A stretch of DNA of 64,000 bases from an uncultured Phycisphaerales bacterium (GTDB taxonomy: Bacteria; Planctomycetota; Phycisphaerae; Sedimentisphaerales; Anaerobacaceae). Numbering within the stretch: position 1 is the first letter of the stretch; each line of letters starts with the position of its first letter. The translations under genes and the position numbers were made by a program. The notes below the pieces were generated by a model. The model was not told the origin of the DNA. It ran no database searches and saw nothing but the letters and a program-made list of their open reading frames with translations. Shown piece after piece: positions 45,461 through 55,977 of this stretch. The stretch spans positions 1,952,001-2,016,000 of the forward strand of contig OY970359.1 in NCBI GenBank assembly GCA_963718665.1, given 5' to 3'.

Positions 45461-46915
45461 ATGACTAAACTACCCGAATATGTAAATGGTGTGCCGAATA
45501 TTTGCGGCTCGCAGGATATTATCGATGCGGCTATGAACCGCGACCCTGTTTTTTTGCCGCAAAGCAAAATTAACTGGGACAATGTCAAAAGCGCATTCGC
45601 GATAGCGCTTCACATGCACCAGCCAATCATACCGAATCCCGACCAGCCGCTCAAAACTGCGGACGTAATCAGCAATCTGGAACATATGATGAATCATCTG
45701 GGCAGCGGCGACAATCATAACGCCCAGGTTTTTCACCAGTGCTATAAACGGATGGGCGATTTTATACCTGAGCTGCTTAAAGAGGGCAACCAGCCGAGGT
45801 GTATGCTCGATTATTCGGGCACGCTGCTTGACGGTATGTATAAAATGGGTCTTACGGATGTTTTTGAATCGCTCAAAAAAATAACCTGTGATTCCAAATA
45901 TCGCGGCTGCATCGAATGGCTGGGTTCTTCCTGGGGACATGCCGTAGCGCCATCGACGCCGGTTCAGGATTACCGGCTTGGCGTTGGGGCGTGGCAGCAT
46001 TTCTTTGCTGCGCTGTTCGGCCTTGAGGCGGTAGGGCGGGTCAGAGGGTTTTCGCCTGCGGAGATGGCCCTGCCGAATCATCCGGATGTTTTCTACCAGT
46101 TCGTCAAGACGTTAAAGGATTGCGGCTACCGGTGGGTTCTTGTGCAGGAGCATACCGTCGAGCGTGTCGAAAACGGCTGGGGACTGGAATATCCGCATAG
46201 GCCTCATCGGCTGATAGCGAAGAACTCCACCGGCGATACGATTGCCATAACGGCGATTATCAAGACGCAGGGCAGCGATACAAAGCTTGTCGGGCAGATG
46301 CAGCCATATTACGAGGCGTGCGGCCTGGGACGGATAAAGCTGGGGACAAAATCGGTTCCGTCTCTGGTAACTCAGATTGCCGACGGCGAAAACGGCGGCG
46401 TTATGATGAATGAATTTCCCGGCAAATACAAACAAGCGATGGCTGAATGCAACAACAGCCCGACGCCTGCTGTTAATGTCACGGAGTATCTTGAATACTT
46501 AGACAGTTTGGGCGTGAAGGAAGAGAATTTCCCGGCGATTGAACCCATATTCCAGCATTGGATATGGCAAAAGTTTAAGGACGGCTCCGGCCCCGAGGCG
46601 ATGGAAAAAATTATACAGCAGTTAGGCAAAGAAGACCATCGGTTTCATATGGAAGGCGGCAGCTGGACAAACAATATCTCCTGGGTACATGGTTACGAAA
46701 AACTGCTTGGGCCGATGGAGCAGGCGAGCGTTTTGTTCAACGAGAAAGTTCTCGCTAAGAATGTTGCTCCGTCGGAACCGCGTTTTCGCAACGCCCTTTA
46801 CCATTTGCTTTTGACACAGACGAGCTGTTACCGTTACTGGGGCGAAGGTGTATGGGCCGATTATGGTCGTGAGCTTTGCCGGCGCACTATCGAAATACTC
46901 AAACGCGATTTCTAA
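45461..46915 (+). CDS. GH57-family protein
   Basis: ALHMHQP, GFSPAEM, DGENGG, TSCYRYWG. Confidence 0.8.
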   Translation: MTKLPEYVNGVPNICGSQDIIDAAMNRDPVFLPQSKINWDNVKSAFAIALHMHQPIIPNPDQPLKTADVISNLEHMMNHLGSGDNHNAQVFHQCYKRMGDFIPELLKEGNQPRCMLDYSGTLLDGMYKMGLTDVFESLKKITCDSKYRGCIEWLGSSWGHAVAPSTPVQDYRLGVGAWQHFFAALFGLEAVGRVRGFSPAEMALPNHPDVFYQFVKTLKDCGYRWVLVQEHTVERVENGWGLEYPHRPHRLIAKNSTGDTIAITAIIKTQGSDTKLVGQMQPYYEACGLGRIKLGTKSVPSLVTQIADGENGGVMMNEFPGKYKQAMAECNNSPTPAVNVTEYLEYLDSLGVKEENFPAIEPIFQHWIWQKFKDGSGPEAMEKIIQQLGKEDHRFHMEGGSWTNNISWVHGYEKLLGPMEQASVLFNEKVLAKNVAPSEPRFRNALYHLLLTQTSCYRYWGEGVWADYGRELCRRTIEILKRDF

Positions 46916-47278
46916 ATAACTTTTATCTTGAACCCTGACGGTGTTATTGCGGCAAGTGCTTTCTTTATAAACACTTATGATAGATAGTTTCCCCTCGTGT
47001 TCACACATACAATATTTTGTTTTTTCCGGCATAATAAGTTGCTGGAAATAAACAAAATATGTTATCATATACTTTTTGTATTTTCAGGATATTTTGTTCG
47101 GGAGAATGTCACGCACGCAGGATAAACACCAATTCTTGAGCGAATAAATCAAGGGAAGGTTTGCGGATTTGAAGCAGATTAAGGCCGAAAAGGGCGGTTT
47201 AGACAGAATATCGGGGGGATTTCTGTCTTGCCGAAGTATTATTGGTCTCAATATATGATACGGGAAAGGAAGAGCGTT

Positions 47279-48439
47279 ATGAGAAATCGGTTTATGAAAG
47301 TTATTGGACTCCTGGTTGTGGCGGTTGTCCTGTGTGTTTCGGGGCTTGCCAGGGCAGCCGATGCGCCGACAATCAAAGTTGGCGCCATCTTCGCGGTAAC
47401 AGGAGACGCAGTGAATCTCGGAGGACCAGAAGCGAAAACCGCTGAAATGTTTGTTGAAAAGATAAACAAAGAAGGCGGCGTCAACGGCAGGAAGATTGAG
47501 CTAATCCTGAAGGACTCGCGCAGCAAGCCGGAGAATGCGGTTTCGTTCGCAAAGCAGCTCATTAAAGAAGATAAGGTCCTCGCGATAATTGGGCCATCGA
47601 CCAGTGGCGAGACGATGGCAATCAAGAATATCTGTCAGGACAGCAATACCATTCTTATTTCCTGCGCAGCAGCCGAGGATATTGTCAACCCGGTCGCCAG
47701 TTATGTTTTCAAAACCCCGCAGAAAGACAGTGACGCCGTGAGGCGCATTTTTCAGGTTATGAGAGCAAAAAGTATCAAGAAGATAGGTGTAATAACAAGC
47801 AACGACGGTTTTGGAATGGCCGGAGGCAAACAACTCGCCAATCTTGCCGAACTTGCCGGCGTTACAATCGCCATTTCCGAGGTGTATGACGAAAACGAAA
47901 CAGACCTGACAGGAATTCTGACCAAGGTGAAAAGCCAGGATGTTCAGGCGGTGGTCAACTGGTCAACAGTTCCGGCACAGAGTTTGGTCGCTAGGAATAT
48001 GAAGCAGATTGATTTGAACGTGCCCCTGTTCCAGAGTCACGGCTTTGGCAATATCAAGTACGCCCAGGCAGGCGGCGAGGCGTCAAACGGCACTATATTC
48101 CCCTGCGGACGCCTGCTGATTGCTGAGCAACTACCTGATAATGATCCCCAGAAAAAGTTCCTCATAGAATACAAGAAGGATTACGAAAGCCGGTACAAAG
48201 AGGACGTGAGTGCCTTCGGCGGCCATGCATACGACGCATTGCTGATTCTTGTCGAGGGACTCAAAAAGGCAGATAGCTTCGACAAGGGAAAGGTTCGCGA
48301 AGCTATTGAGAACATCAGAGGTTTCGTCGGAACAGCCGGCGTCTTTAACTTCTCGTCCCAGGACCACAACGGTCTGGGTCTGGATTCCTTTGAGATGCTC
48401 ACCGTTAAAGACGGTAATTTCGCAATATATAAGAACTAA
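47279..48439 (+). CDS. LivK-like ABC substrate-binding protein
   Basis: Signal peptide; GGVNGRKIELI, IIGPSTSG, GHAYDA. Confidence 0.9.
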   Translation: MRNRFMKVIGLLVVAVVLCVSGLARAADAPTIKVGAIFAVTGDAVNLGGPEAKTAEMFVEKINKEGGVNGRKIELILKDSRSKPENAVSFAKQLIKEDKVLAIIGPSTSGETMAIKNICQDSNTILISCAAAEDIVNPVASYVFKTPQKDSDAVRRIFQVMRAKSIKKIGVITSNDGFGMAGGKQLANLAELAGVTIAISEVYDENETDLTGILTKVKSQDVQAVVNWSTVPAQSLVARNMKQIDLNVPLFQSHGFGNIKYAQAGGEASNGTIFPCGRLLIAEQLPDNDPQKKFLIEYKKDYESRYKEDVSAFGGHAYDALLILVEGLKKADSFDKGKVREAIENIRGFVGTAGVFNFSSQDHNGLGLDSFEMLTVKDGNFAIYKN

Positions 48440-48521
48440 TATTGCCACACCGGTTCCTTTGGCGATGGTTTTTCCTTAAATAGCATCGTCGAGATATTAT
48501 CCGCTGATGCGGGGCGAATCT

Positions 48522-48657
48522 CGGAGAACGCGGTTTCGCTCGCCAAACAGCTTATTGATGAAGAGAATGTTCTGGCGATAATCGGGCCATCGACCAGCGG
48601 CGAGACAATGGCCATAAAGAATATCTGCCAGGAGGGCAGGACCATTCTTCTTTCCTG
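48522..48657 (+). pseudogene. Fragment of a paralogous Liv-type binding protein
   Basis: 136 bp collinear with 47529-47664 (ENAVSLAKQLI...IIGPSTSGETMAIKNICQ). Confidence 0.75.
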
Positions 48658-48851
48658 TTGCGTAAAGTAATCTGAAAAACCGGGCAATAGGGTCGAACCC
48701 CGATAATTTACCCACAATCTTTGGGACGGTTCCTGCCGGAGTCGCCGGTTGATTTTTGCTTATAGTTAAATTAGAATGCTGGCCTACGGTTGACGGTAAC
48801 AATATTGTTGTAAACGAAAAAGTATAATATGTGGAAGGTGCAGGTATAAAA

Positions 48852-50036
48852 ATGGCAAAACATAAGGAAAATTATCCGCATAAGGCAAAGTATTTATCAG
48901 GCAAGCGTATTCTCCCGGAGCCGATTTCGAAATCGACGGATATAGCGAAGCTGATAGACAATCTGGACGCGTACAACGGCGGAAGATTAAGGGCTGCCTG
49001 CCAGTTATTGAAAGATAAATATTCCCAGGAGGACGTTACGATAGGAATGAGCTTGGCAGGAGCGTTAACGCCCGCGGGACTCGGACCATCGGCGGTAATT
49101 CCTCTGATGAACCACGGCTTTGTTGACTGGCTTGTCGCTACCGGCGCGAATATGTATCACGACATACATTACGCGTTCAATCTGCCTATGTTCCGCGGCA
49201 GCCATACGGTCGATGACGTTGATTTGAGAGACAAGGGCGTAACGAGAATTTACGACATCCTGTTTGATTACGAAGACGTCCTGATGGAAACCGACAGACA
49301 GCTCAGAGAGATACTTATAAGGCCTGAATTCCAGAAGGAAATGGGCACACGGGAATTTTATCATTATCTCGGCAAAATTCTCAGCGACCTCGAAGAAAAG
49401 CATAAACTCGGCCAGGTGAGCATATTGGCGGCTGCTTACAGGAACGGCATTCCCGTCTTTACATCGTCACCGGGGGATTCGACAATCGGTATGAACGTTG
49501 CCGGCCTTGAACTTCTGGCGGAGGCATCGGGCTTGCAGGACGCCTTCAAACTGAAAATAAATCCGAGCATCGACGTTAATGATTCGACGGCGATAATACT
49601 GAACGCCAAAAAATATGAAAACGGCAAGACGGGCGTCATCCTGATTGGGGGCGGTAGTCCCAAGAATTTTATGCTCCAGACCGAACCACAGATTCAGGAA
49701 GTCCTGATGATACCGGAAGCGGGTCAGGATTATGATATAAACGTAACGGATGCCAGGCCCGATACGGGCGGCTTATCGGGAGCGCCCCCGAGCGAGGCGG
49801 CAAGCTGGGGCAAAATTGACCCGACCAAATTAGAGGAAACTGTTACCGCTTATCTCGACGTTACCGTCGCCCTGCCTATTATGGTTGCATACACCATTCA
49901 GACCACCAGCCCCAAGAAACTGAAAAAATTATATTACCGCGGCGAAGAACTGCGCAAGAAGCTGATAAAGTCCTATCTTGAAAACAACAAAGAAGTCGAA
50001 AAACTCAGGAAGCTAATCAGGAAATTAATGGCCTGA
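48852..50036 (+). CDS. Deoxyhypusine synthase-like protein (probable homospermidine synthase)
   Basis: ATGANMYHD, GGGSPKNF, GGLSGAPPSEAASWGK. Confidence 0.88.
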   Translation: MAKHKENYPHKAKYLSGKRILPEPISKSTDIAKLIDNLDAYNGGRLRAACQLLKDKYSQEDVTIGMSLAGALTPAGLGPSAVIPLMNHGFVDWLVATGANMYHDIHYAFNLPMFRGSHTVDDVDLRDKGVTRIYDILFDYEDVLMETDRQLREILIRPEFQKEMGTREFYHYLGKILSDLEEKHKLGQVSILAAAYRNGIPVFTSSPGDSTIGMNVAGLELLAEASGLQDAFKLKINPSIDVNDSTAIILNAKKYENGKTGVILIGGGSPKNFMLQTEPQIQEVLMIPEAGQDYDINVTDARPDTGGLSGAPPSEAASWGKIDPTKLEETVTAYLDVTVALPIMVAYTIQTTSPKKLKKLYYRGEELRKKLIKSYLENNKEVEKLRKLIRKLMA

Positions 50037-50051
50037 TAAAACAGGATTGAT

Positions 50052-51185
50052 ATGAAAAAAGAGCTTTTAAAATTGGCCCAAAAGCACGGGACTCCTTTAT
50101 TTATTATCGACCACAACGTGATAAGGAAGAATTACCGCACTTTCAAGAAGCATCTGCCGAGGGTGCAGGCCTATTACGCGGTCAAAGCCAACTCGAACCA
50201 GGAGATAATCAAGACGCTGTTTGACGAAGGCGCCAGCTTCGACGTCGCTTCATACAACGAGTTTATGCAGATTTACAAATACATCAGCCATTTCGAGGAG
50301 AAAGACAAGGATTTTTATATCTGGGACAAGATAATTTTTTCCAACACTATAAAAGACAGACCGACTCTGAAGAACATAAAACGATACCGGCCCCTTGTTA
50401 CCTTTGACAGTGAAGACGAGTTGAAGAAAATACGGGAATACTGTGAGACGGCGGGTCTGGTTTTGCGATTGAAAGTTCCCGATACCGGCTCGCAGGTGGA
50501 GATGAGCTCGAAATTCGGTGCAGAACCGGGAGATGCATATAACCTTATAAAACAGGCTTTTGACCTGGGGCTGGTGGTCGAGGGATTAAGTTTTCACGTC
50601 GGCAGCCAGTGCACCAATTTCGATAATTACACGGCCGCGCTGACAATAACATCTCAGATTTTCAATCATTCACGCCAAAATGGTTACAATCTTAAAATCG
50701 TCGATATCGGTGGCGGGTTTCCTGTGCCCTACGACTCTCAGGTCCCCAAGTTTGGAAAGCTCACGGCGGTGATAAATGCGGAATGTGAACGCCTGTTTCC
50801 CGGTGACATCGAGATTATAGCCGAGCCGGGAAGATTTATGGTGGCGACTTCAGCCGTGCTGGTCTCGGAAATAATCGGCAAAGCCAGAAGAGACGGCAAA
50901 ATCTTCTACCATATAAACGACGGGGTTTATCACACGTTTTCCGGCGTGGTGTATGACCACTGGATTCCAAATTTCCGCGCATTTCGGCAGGGTAAAAAAG
51001 AGGTATGTGCCGTTGTAGGTCCCACCTGCGATAGTTTCGACAAGATTTCTGTTTCGGAACAACTGCCGGGCAATCTTGAAATCGGCGACTGCCTTTTCAC
51101 GGAAAATATAGGAGCATACAGTACCGCTTCTTCGACGAAATTCAATGGCTTCGATGGCGCCAAAATCCTGCATCTGAATAATTAA
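50052..51185 (+). CDS. Fold-III PLP ornithine/lysine decarboxylase
   Basis: YYAVKAN, SFHVGSQ, DIGGGFP, EPGR, GPTCDSFD, GAY. Confidence 0.92.
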   Translation: MKKELLKLAQKHGTPLFIIDHNVIRKNYRTFKKHLPRVQAYYAVKANSNQEIIKTLFDEGASFDVASYNEFMQIYKYISHFEEKDKDFYIWDKIIFSNTIKDRPTLKNIKRYRPLVTFDSEDELKKIREYCETAGLVLRLKVPDTGSQVEMSSKFGAEPGDAYNLIKQAFDLGLVVEGLSFHVGSQCTNFDNYTAALTITSQIFNHSRQNGYNLKIVDIGGGFPVPYDSQVPKFGKLTAVINAECERLFPGDIEIIAEPGRFMVATSAVLVSEIIGKARRDGKIFYHINDGVYHTFSGVVYDHWIPNFRAFRQGKKEVCAVVGPTCDSFDKISVSEQLPGNLEIGDCLFTENIGAYSTASSTKFNGFDGAKILHLNN

Positions 51186-51283
51186 CCCTGTTCCTTTCGC
51201 TCTAAAAGTGCCAATTTTATAGGTCTTTAGCTGTTCGTCCCGGCGTATTTGATGGCCTCGCAGCGCCTTCCTGTCTTTGTCTT

Positions 51284-51310
51284 TAAGTTGCCTGGTGGTG
51301 GTGTCGATAA
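51284..51310 (+). promoter_or_regulatory. Candidate sigma28 promoter of the pilus/T2SS operon
   Basis: TAAG-N15-GTCGATAA. Confidence 0.6.
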
Positions 51311-51352
51311 ACACTGCTGTTGGAGAAACTATTGTCAGGATGAAGGGCTATT

Positions 51353-53077
51353 ATGGAAGAAAAAGACCCGATAATTTCGTTTATTACGAAAGAAAATATC
51401 CTTGATGAAGCCACTTTGCAGACGGCTATCGCCCAGCAGCGGCAAACCGGACAGAGCTTAATAAGTGTGCTCAAAAAGGGCAATCTCGTGAATGAGGAAC
51501 AGCTCACGAGGGTTATTGCTGCTGCCCACAATATCGAGTTTGTAAATCTTTCGCCGGATATGATAGACCCGATGGCGGCCCATTTGCTTTCGTATGAAAT
51601 GGTTAACCACAGTAACGTCATCCCAATTAAAAAGGAAGGTAAGCGTCTGTTTGTCGCGATGAGTTCTCCGTTGAATCTATCGGTTCGTGACCAGATAGAG
51701 ATGAAGACGGGCTATGAGGTATCGCCGGTTGCCGCTTCGCTGAACGCGATAAAGCAGGCAATTAACTATCATTTCAGCGTCCGCGACGTAACCAAGCAGA
51801 CAATCGTCTCGATGCGGCTTAAACAGGAGCCGGGACAGGGCACTGAAGACGACGGGATGCTTGAAAGCAAGCTCACCGAGGTCGAGCGGGAATCCACAAA
51901 GGTTGCCGATTCGCCGATTACCCGGCTGGTTTCGTCTATAATCAACGGTGCGATTGACGCTCGTGCCAGTGACATACATCTTGAGCCGAGAGAATCGGAT
52001 ATGAGGGTGCGATATCGCATCGACGGCATTCTGCTCGATACGCTAAACGTGCCGGTTTCGGCCCAGCTCGAGGTTATATCGCATATCAAGATTATGTCGG
52101 ATATGGATATTTCCGAGAAAAGGGCGCCCCAGGACGGCCACATGTCGGTGCAACATGACGGCAAAGATTATGACCTGCGTGTTTCGTCTCTGCCGGCGAC
52201 CGGCGGGGAAAAAATTGTGATGAGAATCTTAGACAAGCATTCTTTGCGGTGGTCGCTCGATTCGGTTGTGGCTTCGGTGGAGGATAATCAGAAATTCAAA
52301 CGGCTTGCGGCAAATCCATACGGGATGATTCTGCTGGCTGGCCCCACCGGCTGCGGCAAGACCACTACGTTGTATGCCTTATTGCAAATGCTTAATGTCC
52401 CCGAAAAGAACATCGTTACAGTCGAAGACCCCGTTGAGTACCGGCTTGAGGGTATTACGCAGTTGCAGATCAGGTCTGTTGCGGGATTGACTTTCGCGTC
52501 GGCGCTGCGAAGTATTGTTAGACAGGACCCGAATGTAATTCTTGTCGGCGAAATACGCGACCCTGAGACCGCGGAAATAGCAGTCAGCGCCGCGTTGACG
52601 GGACACCTGGTTCTAAGCACACTGCATACCAATGATGCGGCAGGTGCGGTGTCACGTTTGATAAACCTGGGTGTGGCTCCCTTCCTTGTCGCCTCAGCGT
52701 TGCTGGGCGCAGTTGCACAACGACTGGTGAGAACTACCTGCGACAAATGCAAACAGCCATATACCCCGTCGGCGGAAGAACTGGCGATGATTTTCGGCAA
52801 GTCCCTGCCCGATAAGGATATACAGATTTATAAGGGTACTGGCTGCAATAGCTGTAGAAACACCGGCTATCGCGGACGACGTGGCATTTTTGAGATTCTT
52901 ACCGTTAGTCCGCAGATTCGCAAGATGATAACCGATGGCTGCAGCGACGGGCAAATAAAACAGCAGGCGATACAGGAAGGAATGAGGACACTGACGAAAG
53001 CCGCAATTGCCGATATGCTTGCCGGCAATACCACAATTGATGAGCTGATGCGGGTTGTGGATTTGAGGGTGGATTAA
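51353..53077 (+). CDS. PilB/GspE assembly ATPase
   Basis: ASDIH, GPTGCGKTT, TVEDPVE, LVGEIRD, STLHTN, tetracysteine motif. Confidence 0.95.
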   Translation: MEEKDPIISFITKENILDEATLQTAIAQQRQTGQSLISVLKKGNLVNEEQLTRVIAAAHNIEFVNLSPDMIDPMAAHLLSYEMVNHSNVIPIKKEGKRLFVAMSSPLNLSVRDQIEMKTGYEVSPVAASLNAIKQAINYHFSVRDVTKQTIVSMRLKQEPGQGTEDDGMLESKLTEVERESTKVADSPITRLVSSIINGAIDARASDIHLEPRESDMRVRYRIDGILLDTLNVPVSAQLEVISHIKIMSDMDISEKRAPQDGHMSVQHDGKDYDLRVSSLPATGGEKIVMRILDKHSLRWSLDSVVASVEDNQKFKRLAANPYGMILLAGPTGCGKTTTLYALLQMLNVPEKNIVTVEDPVEYRLEGITQLQIRSVAGLTFASALRSIVRQDPNVILVGEIRDPETAEIAVSAALTGHLVLSTLHTNDAAGAVSRLINLGVAPFLVASALLGAVAQRLVRTTCDKCKQPYTPSAEELAMIFGKSLPDKDIQIYKGTGCNSCRNTGYRGRRGIFEILTVSPQIRKMITDGCSDGQIKQQAIQEGMRTLTKAAIADMLAGNTTIDELMRVVDLRVD

Positions 53078-54282
53078 TGGCTGTCTATACATACGTAGCC
53101 AAAGACGACAAAGGCGTGATGCTGACGGGTACCTATACCGATGTAGAGAGCCAATCTGCGCTTCGCGACGAATTGGAAAAAATAGGGTATGTCTTGGTCA
53201 AAGCCAGGCGTGGAAAACAGGACGTTAAAAAACGTCGCGCAGCATGCAGAGTAAAGCAATCGGACGTCGCTACTTTCGCGTATAAGTTTGCGGGTATGTA
53301 CTCGGCTGGTTTGCCGATTCTAAGGTGTCTTGAAACGCTGGAACAGCAGGTGGATAACCCGGCCTTTAAAAGTATATTGACAGAGGTCAAAGATGACGTG
53401 GGGGCAGGGACAAGTTTGAAGGCCGCCTTCGCCAAACACAAGGGCGTATTCTCGGATTTCTTCCTTGGAATGGTGGAAGCGGGTGAATTAGGCGGCAAGC
53501 TAGGCGAGACCCTTGAAATGACTGCATCTTACCTTGAAAAGCAGGTTGCGCTGAGGCAGAAAGTCAAGGCCGCATTTGCTTACCCGGTAATGGTTACGGT
53601 TATGTGCCTGTTAGTTGTTATTTTCCTGCTTGCTTTCGTTATACCGGTTTTCTCGAAGCTGTATTCCCAGGTTCACGCGCCGATGCCGGACCCCACGCTC
53701 ATCCTTGTGGCGGCAAGCGCGCTTGTAAGGCACTGGTGGTGGGCGATAATTATTGTTATTGGAATATCTGTGCTCGTCATTAAAAAATTGCTTGCCAACC
53801 CCTTGTTCAGGGCTAAGTGGGACAATTTCAAACTTAATGTGCCCGTGTTTGGCAAGCTTAACAGGATGCTGGTTGCGTCGCACTTCATGCGGACATTCGC
53901 GATGCTTTCCTCGGTCGGCGTATCAGTGGTTAAGTCGCTGGATATGGCAAGTTTAGTTGCTCATAATCACAAAATAACCGAAATTACGGCGGAAATGAGG
54001 AAGGCGATACAGGCGGGCACTCCAATGTCTGTGTCATTAAAAAGGTATGATGTTTTTCCGCCGGTGATAATACAGATGGCTTCCTCAGGCGAAGAGGTTG
54101 GTATGCTGCCTGAGATGCTGAACAAAGGAGTGGAGATTCTTGATAAAGATATCGAGCGGGCAGTAAACGCGTTGCTTGTCAAACTCGAGCCGATTTTGAC
54201 GCTTACTATGGGCGCCGTTGTCGGATTGATTCTTATGGGCGCGTATCTGCCGATGTTCGATTATATGGGGCATTTGAAGTAG
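53077..54282 (+). CDS. PilC/GspF inner-membrane platform protein
   Basis: AGELGGKL, AFAYP, GEEVGML, LEP. Confidence 0.93.
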   Translation: MAVYTYVAKDDKGVMLTGTYTDVESQSALRDELEKIGYVLVKARRGKQDVKKRRAACRVKQSDVATFAYKFAGMYSAGLPILRCLETLEQQVDNPAFKSILTEVKDDVGAGTSLKAAFAKHKGVFSDFFLGMVEAGELGGKLGETLEMTASYLEKQVALRQKVKAAFAYPVMVTVMCLLVVIFLLAFVIPVFSKLYSQVHAPMPDPTLILVAASALVRHWWWAIIIVIGISVLVIKKLLANPLFRAKWDNFKLNVPVFGKLNRMLVASHFMRTFAMLSSVGVSVVKSLDMASLVAHNHKITEITAEMRKAIQAGTPMSVSLKRYDVFPPVIIQMASSGEEVGMLPEMLNKGVEILDKDIERAVNALLVKLEPILTLTMGAVVGLILMGAYLPMFDYMGHLK

Positions 54283-54365
54283 GACATAACAGCGAAATAG
54301 TCCCATAATCGGAGGGCGAGGGAATATTATCGGCGGAGATTTGTTGATTTGCAGCGGTTTTTGAT

Positions 54366-54392
54366 TAAGTCAGAGGCGTTTTATGTCGAGGA
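54366..54392 (+). promoter_or_regulatory. Candidate sigma28 promoter of the major pilin
   Basis: TAAG-N15-GTCGAGGA. Confidence 0.5.
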
Positions 54393-54456
54393 CAAATCAG
54401 TTAGTTGAGCCGAGTTTGTGTGCTTTTAATTAGCGAGATTATTTAAGGAGAAATAA

Positions 54457-54774
54457 ATGCGGAGCAGGAAAGGTTTAACATTAATTGAACTGTTGATTGT
54501 GGTCATCATTCTTGGCGCCTTGGCGGCGATTGCGATTCCGAGAATCACCACCAGCGCCACCACGGCCAAACAAAACGCGTGCAATACCAATGTAGATACG
54601 CTCAATACATCTATCGAGATGTATAAGATGGATAATGGTGCGTATCCGGCATCGCTGGCCACGCTAACGTCCGACGTGAATTACTTCCCGGATGGTGCGC
54701 CGGTCTGTCCCTATGGAACTCCATACGTGTTAAAGTCGGATGGTTCGAACAGGGTTCAACCCCACTCTCATTAA
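54457..54774 (+). CDS. Small major pilin/pseudopilin
   Basis: AAGGAG RBS; RKG|LTLIELLIVVIILG. Confidence 0.9.
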   Translation: MRSRKGLTLIELLIVVIILGALAAIAIPRITTSATTAKQNACNTNVDTLNTSIEMYKMDNGAYPASLATLTSDVNYFPDGAPVCPYGTPYVLKSDGSNRVQPHSH

Positions 54775-54880
54775 TCCGCTGGCCGGACGAGTTTTTGACT
54801 TTAAGCAGAGATTATCTGGGATGGCTGCGAATCGCTAAGCAGCTATCCCGTTTGTTTGATTGTATGGGCAGGCCTTTACT

Positions 54881-55342
54881 ATGACCGGAAAAAGGACAGC
54901 ATATAGCTTGGCAGAAATGATTGTTGTGGTCCTGATTTTGGGGGCCTTGGCGTTTATCGCGATACCACAGCTTAATTTAACCGCCCTTCATCATAAACAG
55001 GCAAATACAATTGCCAAACAAATTATTACCGACCTTCGCCGGACTCGCACGCTGGCCATTTCTTACGCCGCGAACAATACCAAGGGATATAATCTGCAAA
55101 TGGTCGGCTCTTCGCCTTACACCAGTTATCAGATAGTGGATGCCAATTCCGGGGCGATTGTGGATACTCTTACCATTGATTCGCCGATAAGTTGCACGGG
55201 CGGCTCCATTTTTAAATTCGGGCCTTTGGGAAACCTGCTTACCGGCAGCAGCGCGACGCCGATTACGGTTTCCTCTGAAAGCAAAACTTATACAATCACT
55301 GTCATATCCGCTACGGGTATTGTGGAATGCACGGGAGGTTAA
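54881..55342 (+). CDS. Minor pilin (GspH/FimT-like)
   Basis: RTA|YSLAEMIVVVLILG; FKFGPLG. Confidence 0.8.
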   Translation: MTGKRTAYSLAEMIVVVLILGALAFIAIPQLNLTALHHKQANTIAKQIITDLRRTRTLAISYAANNTKGYNLQMVGSSPYTSYQIVDANSGAIVDTLTIDSPISCTGGSIFKFGPLGNLLTGSSATPITVSSESKTYTITVISATGIVECTGG

Positions 55343-55348
55343 GCGGCA

Positions 55349-55765
55349 ATGTGCCTGAAACATTCAAAAGCAAATCGACGGCACAAGGGGCTTAGCATCA
55401 TCGAAGTTGCGATGGCTTCAGTTTTGTTGATTCTCGCGATGGTTCCCATTCTCAGGTCACTGACAAAGGCCAATATGATGTCAACGGATATAGAGAGAAA
55501 GACACAGTCCCTGGTTTTAGCCCAGGGTAAGCTCGATACAATAAGGGCTATTTCTGTTTACAATTTTGGCTCATCTGGTTCTTTTACGGCCAGTAATGTT
55601 GTTCTTAGCGGTTCGTATCTTTGCAATATCACCGATGCTGCTACGTCCGACCCGAATTTGAAACAGATAACCGTCTCTGTCGGCTACGATGACAGCGGTA
55701 ACGGCACACTGTCTTCCAATGAGGTCGACGTTACTCTGACCACCTATATCGCCAACCGATGGTAA
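55349..55765 (+). CDS. Minor pilin (GspI/PilV-like)
   Basis: HKG|LSIIEVAMA; LKQITVSV. Confidence 0.8.
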   Translation: MCLKHSKANRRHKGLSIIEVAMASVLLILAMVPILRSLTKANMMSTDIERKTQSLVLAQGKLDTIRAISVYNFGSSGSFTASNVVLSGSYLCNITDAATSDPNLKQITVSVGYDDSGNGTLSSNEVDVTLTTYIANRW

Positions 55766-55977
55766 GCTTATAGGACTTTTTCTCGAAACCTCTAAATTAT
55801 ATTTCCTTCCCCATTTGACTGTCTCATAAAAACGTCGTTTTATAAGCGGCAAAGGGGGATTTTATATGTTTTCTCGTTTTTTTCTTTTGCGTTTATCATC
55901 ACGCCTTGCCGCAAACACTGCTCCCTTTTTATGCCGAAAAATACCAATGGTAAACCGGTCCTTATGCGCTAAAAAAG

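Noticed and set aside
55913..55940. sigma28 promoter before the giant pilin (GCCGAAAA)
   Set aside because: The -35 element and spacing fit poorly; not counted.
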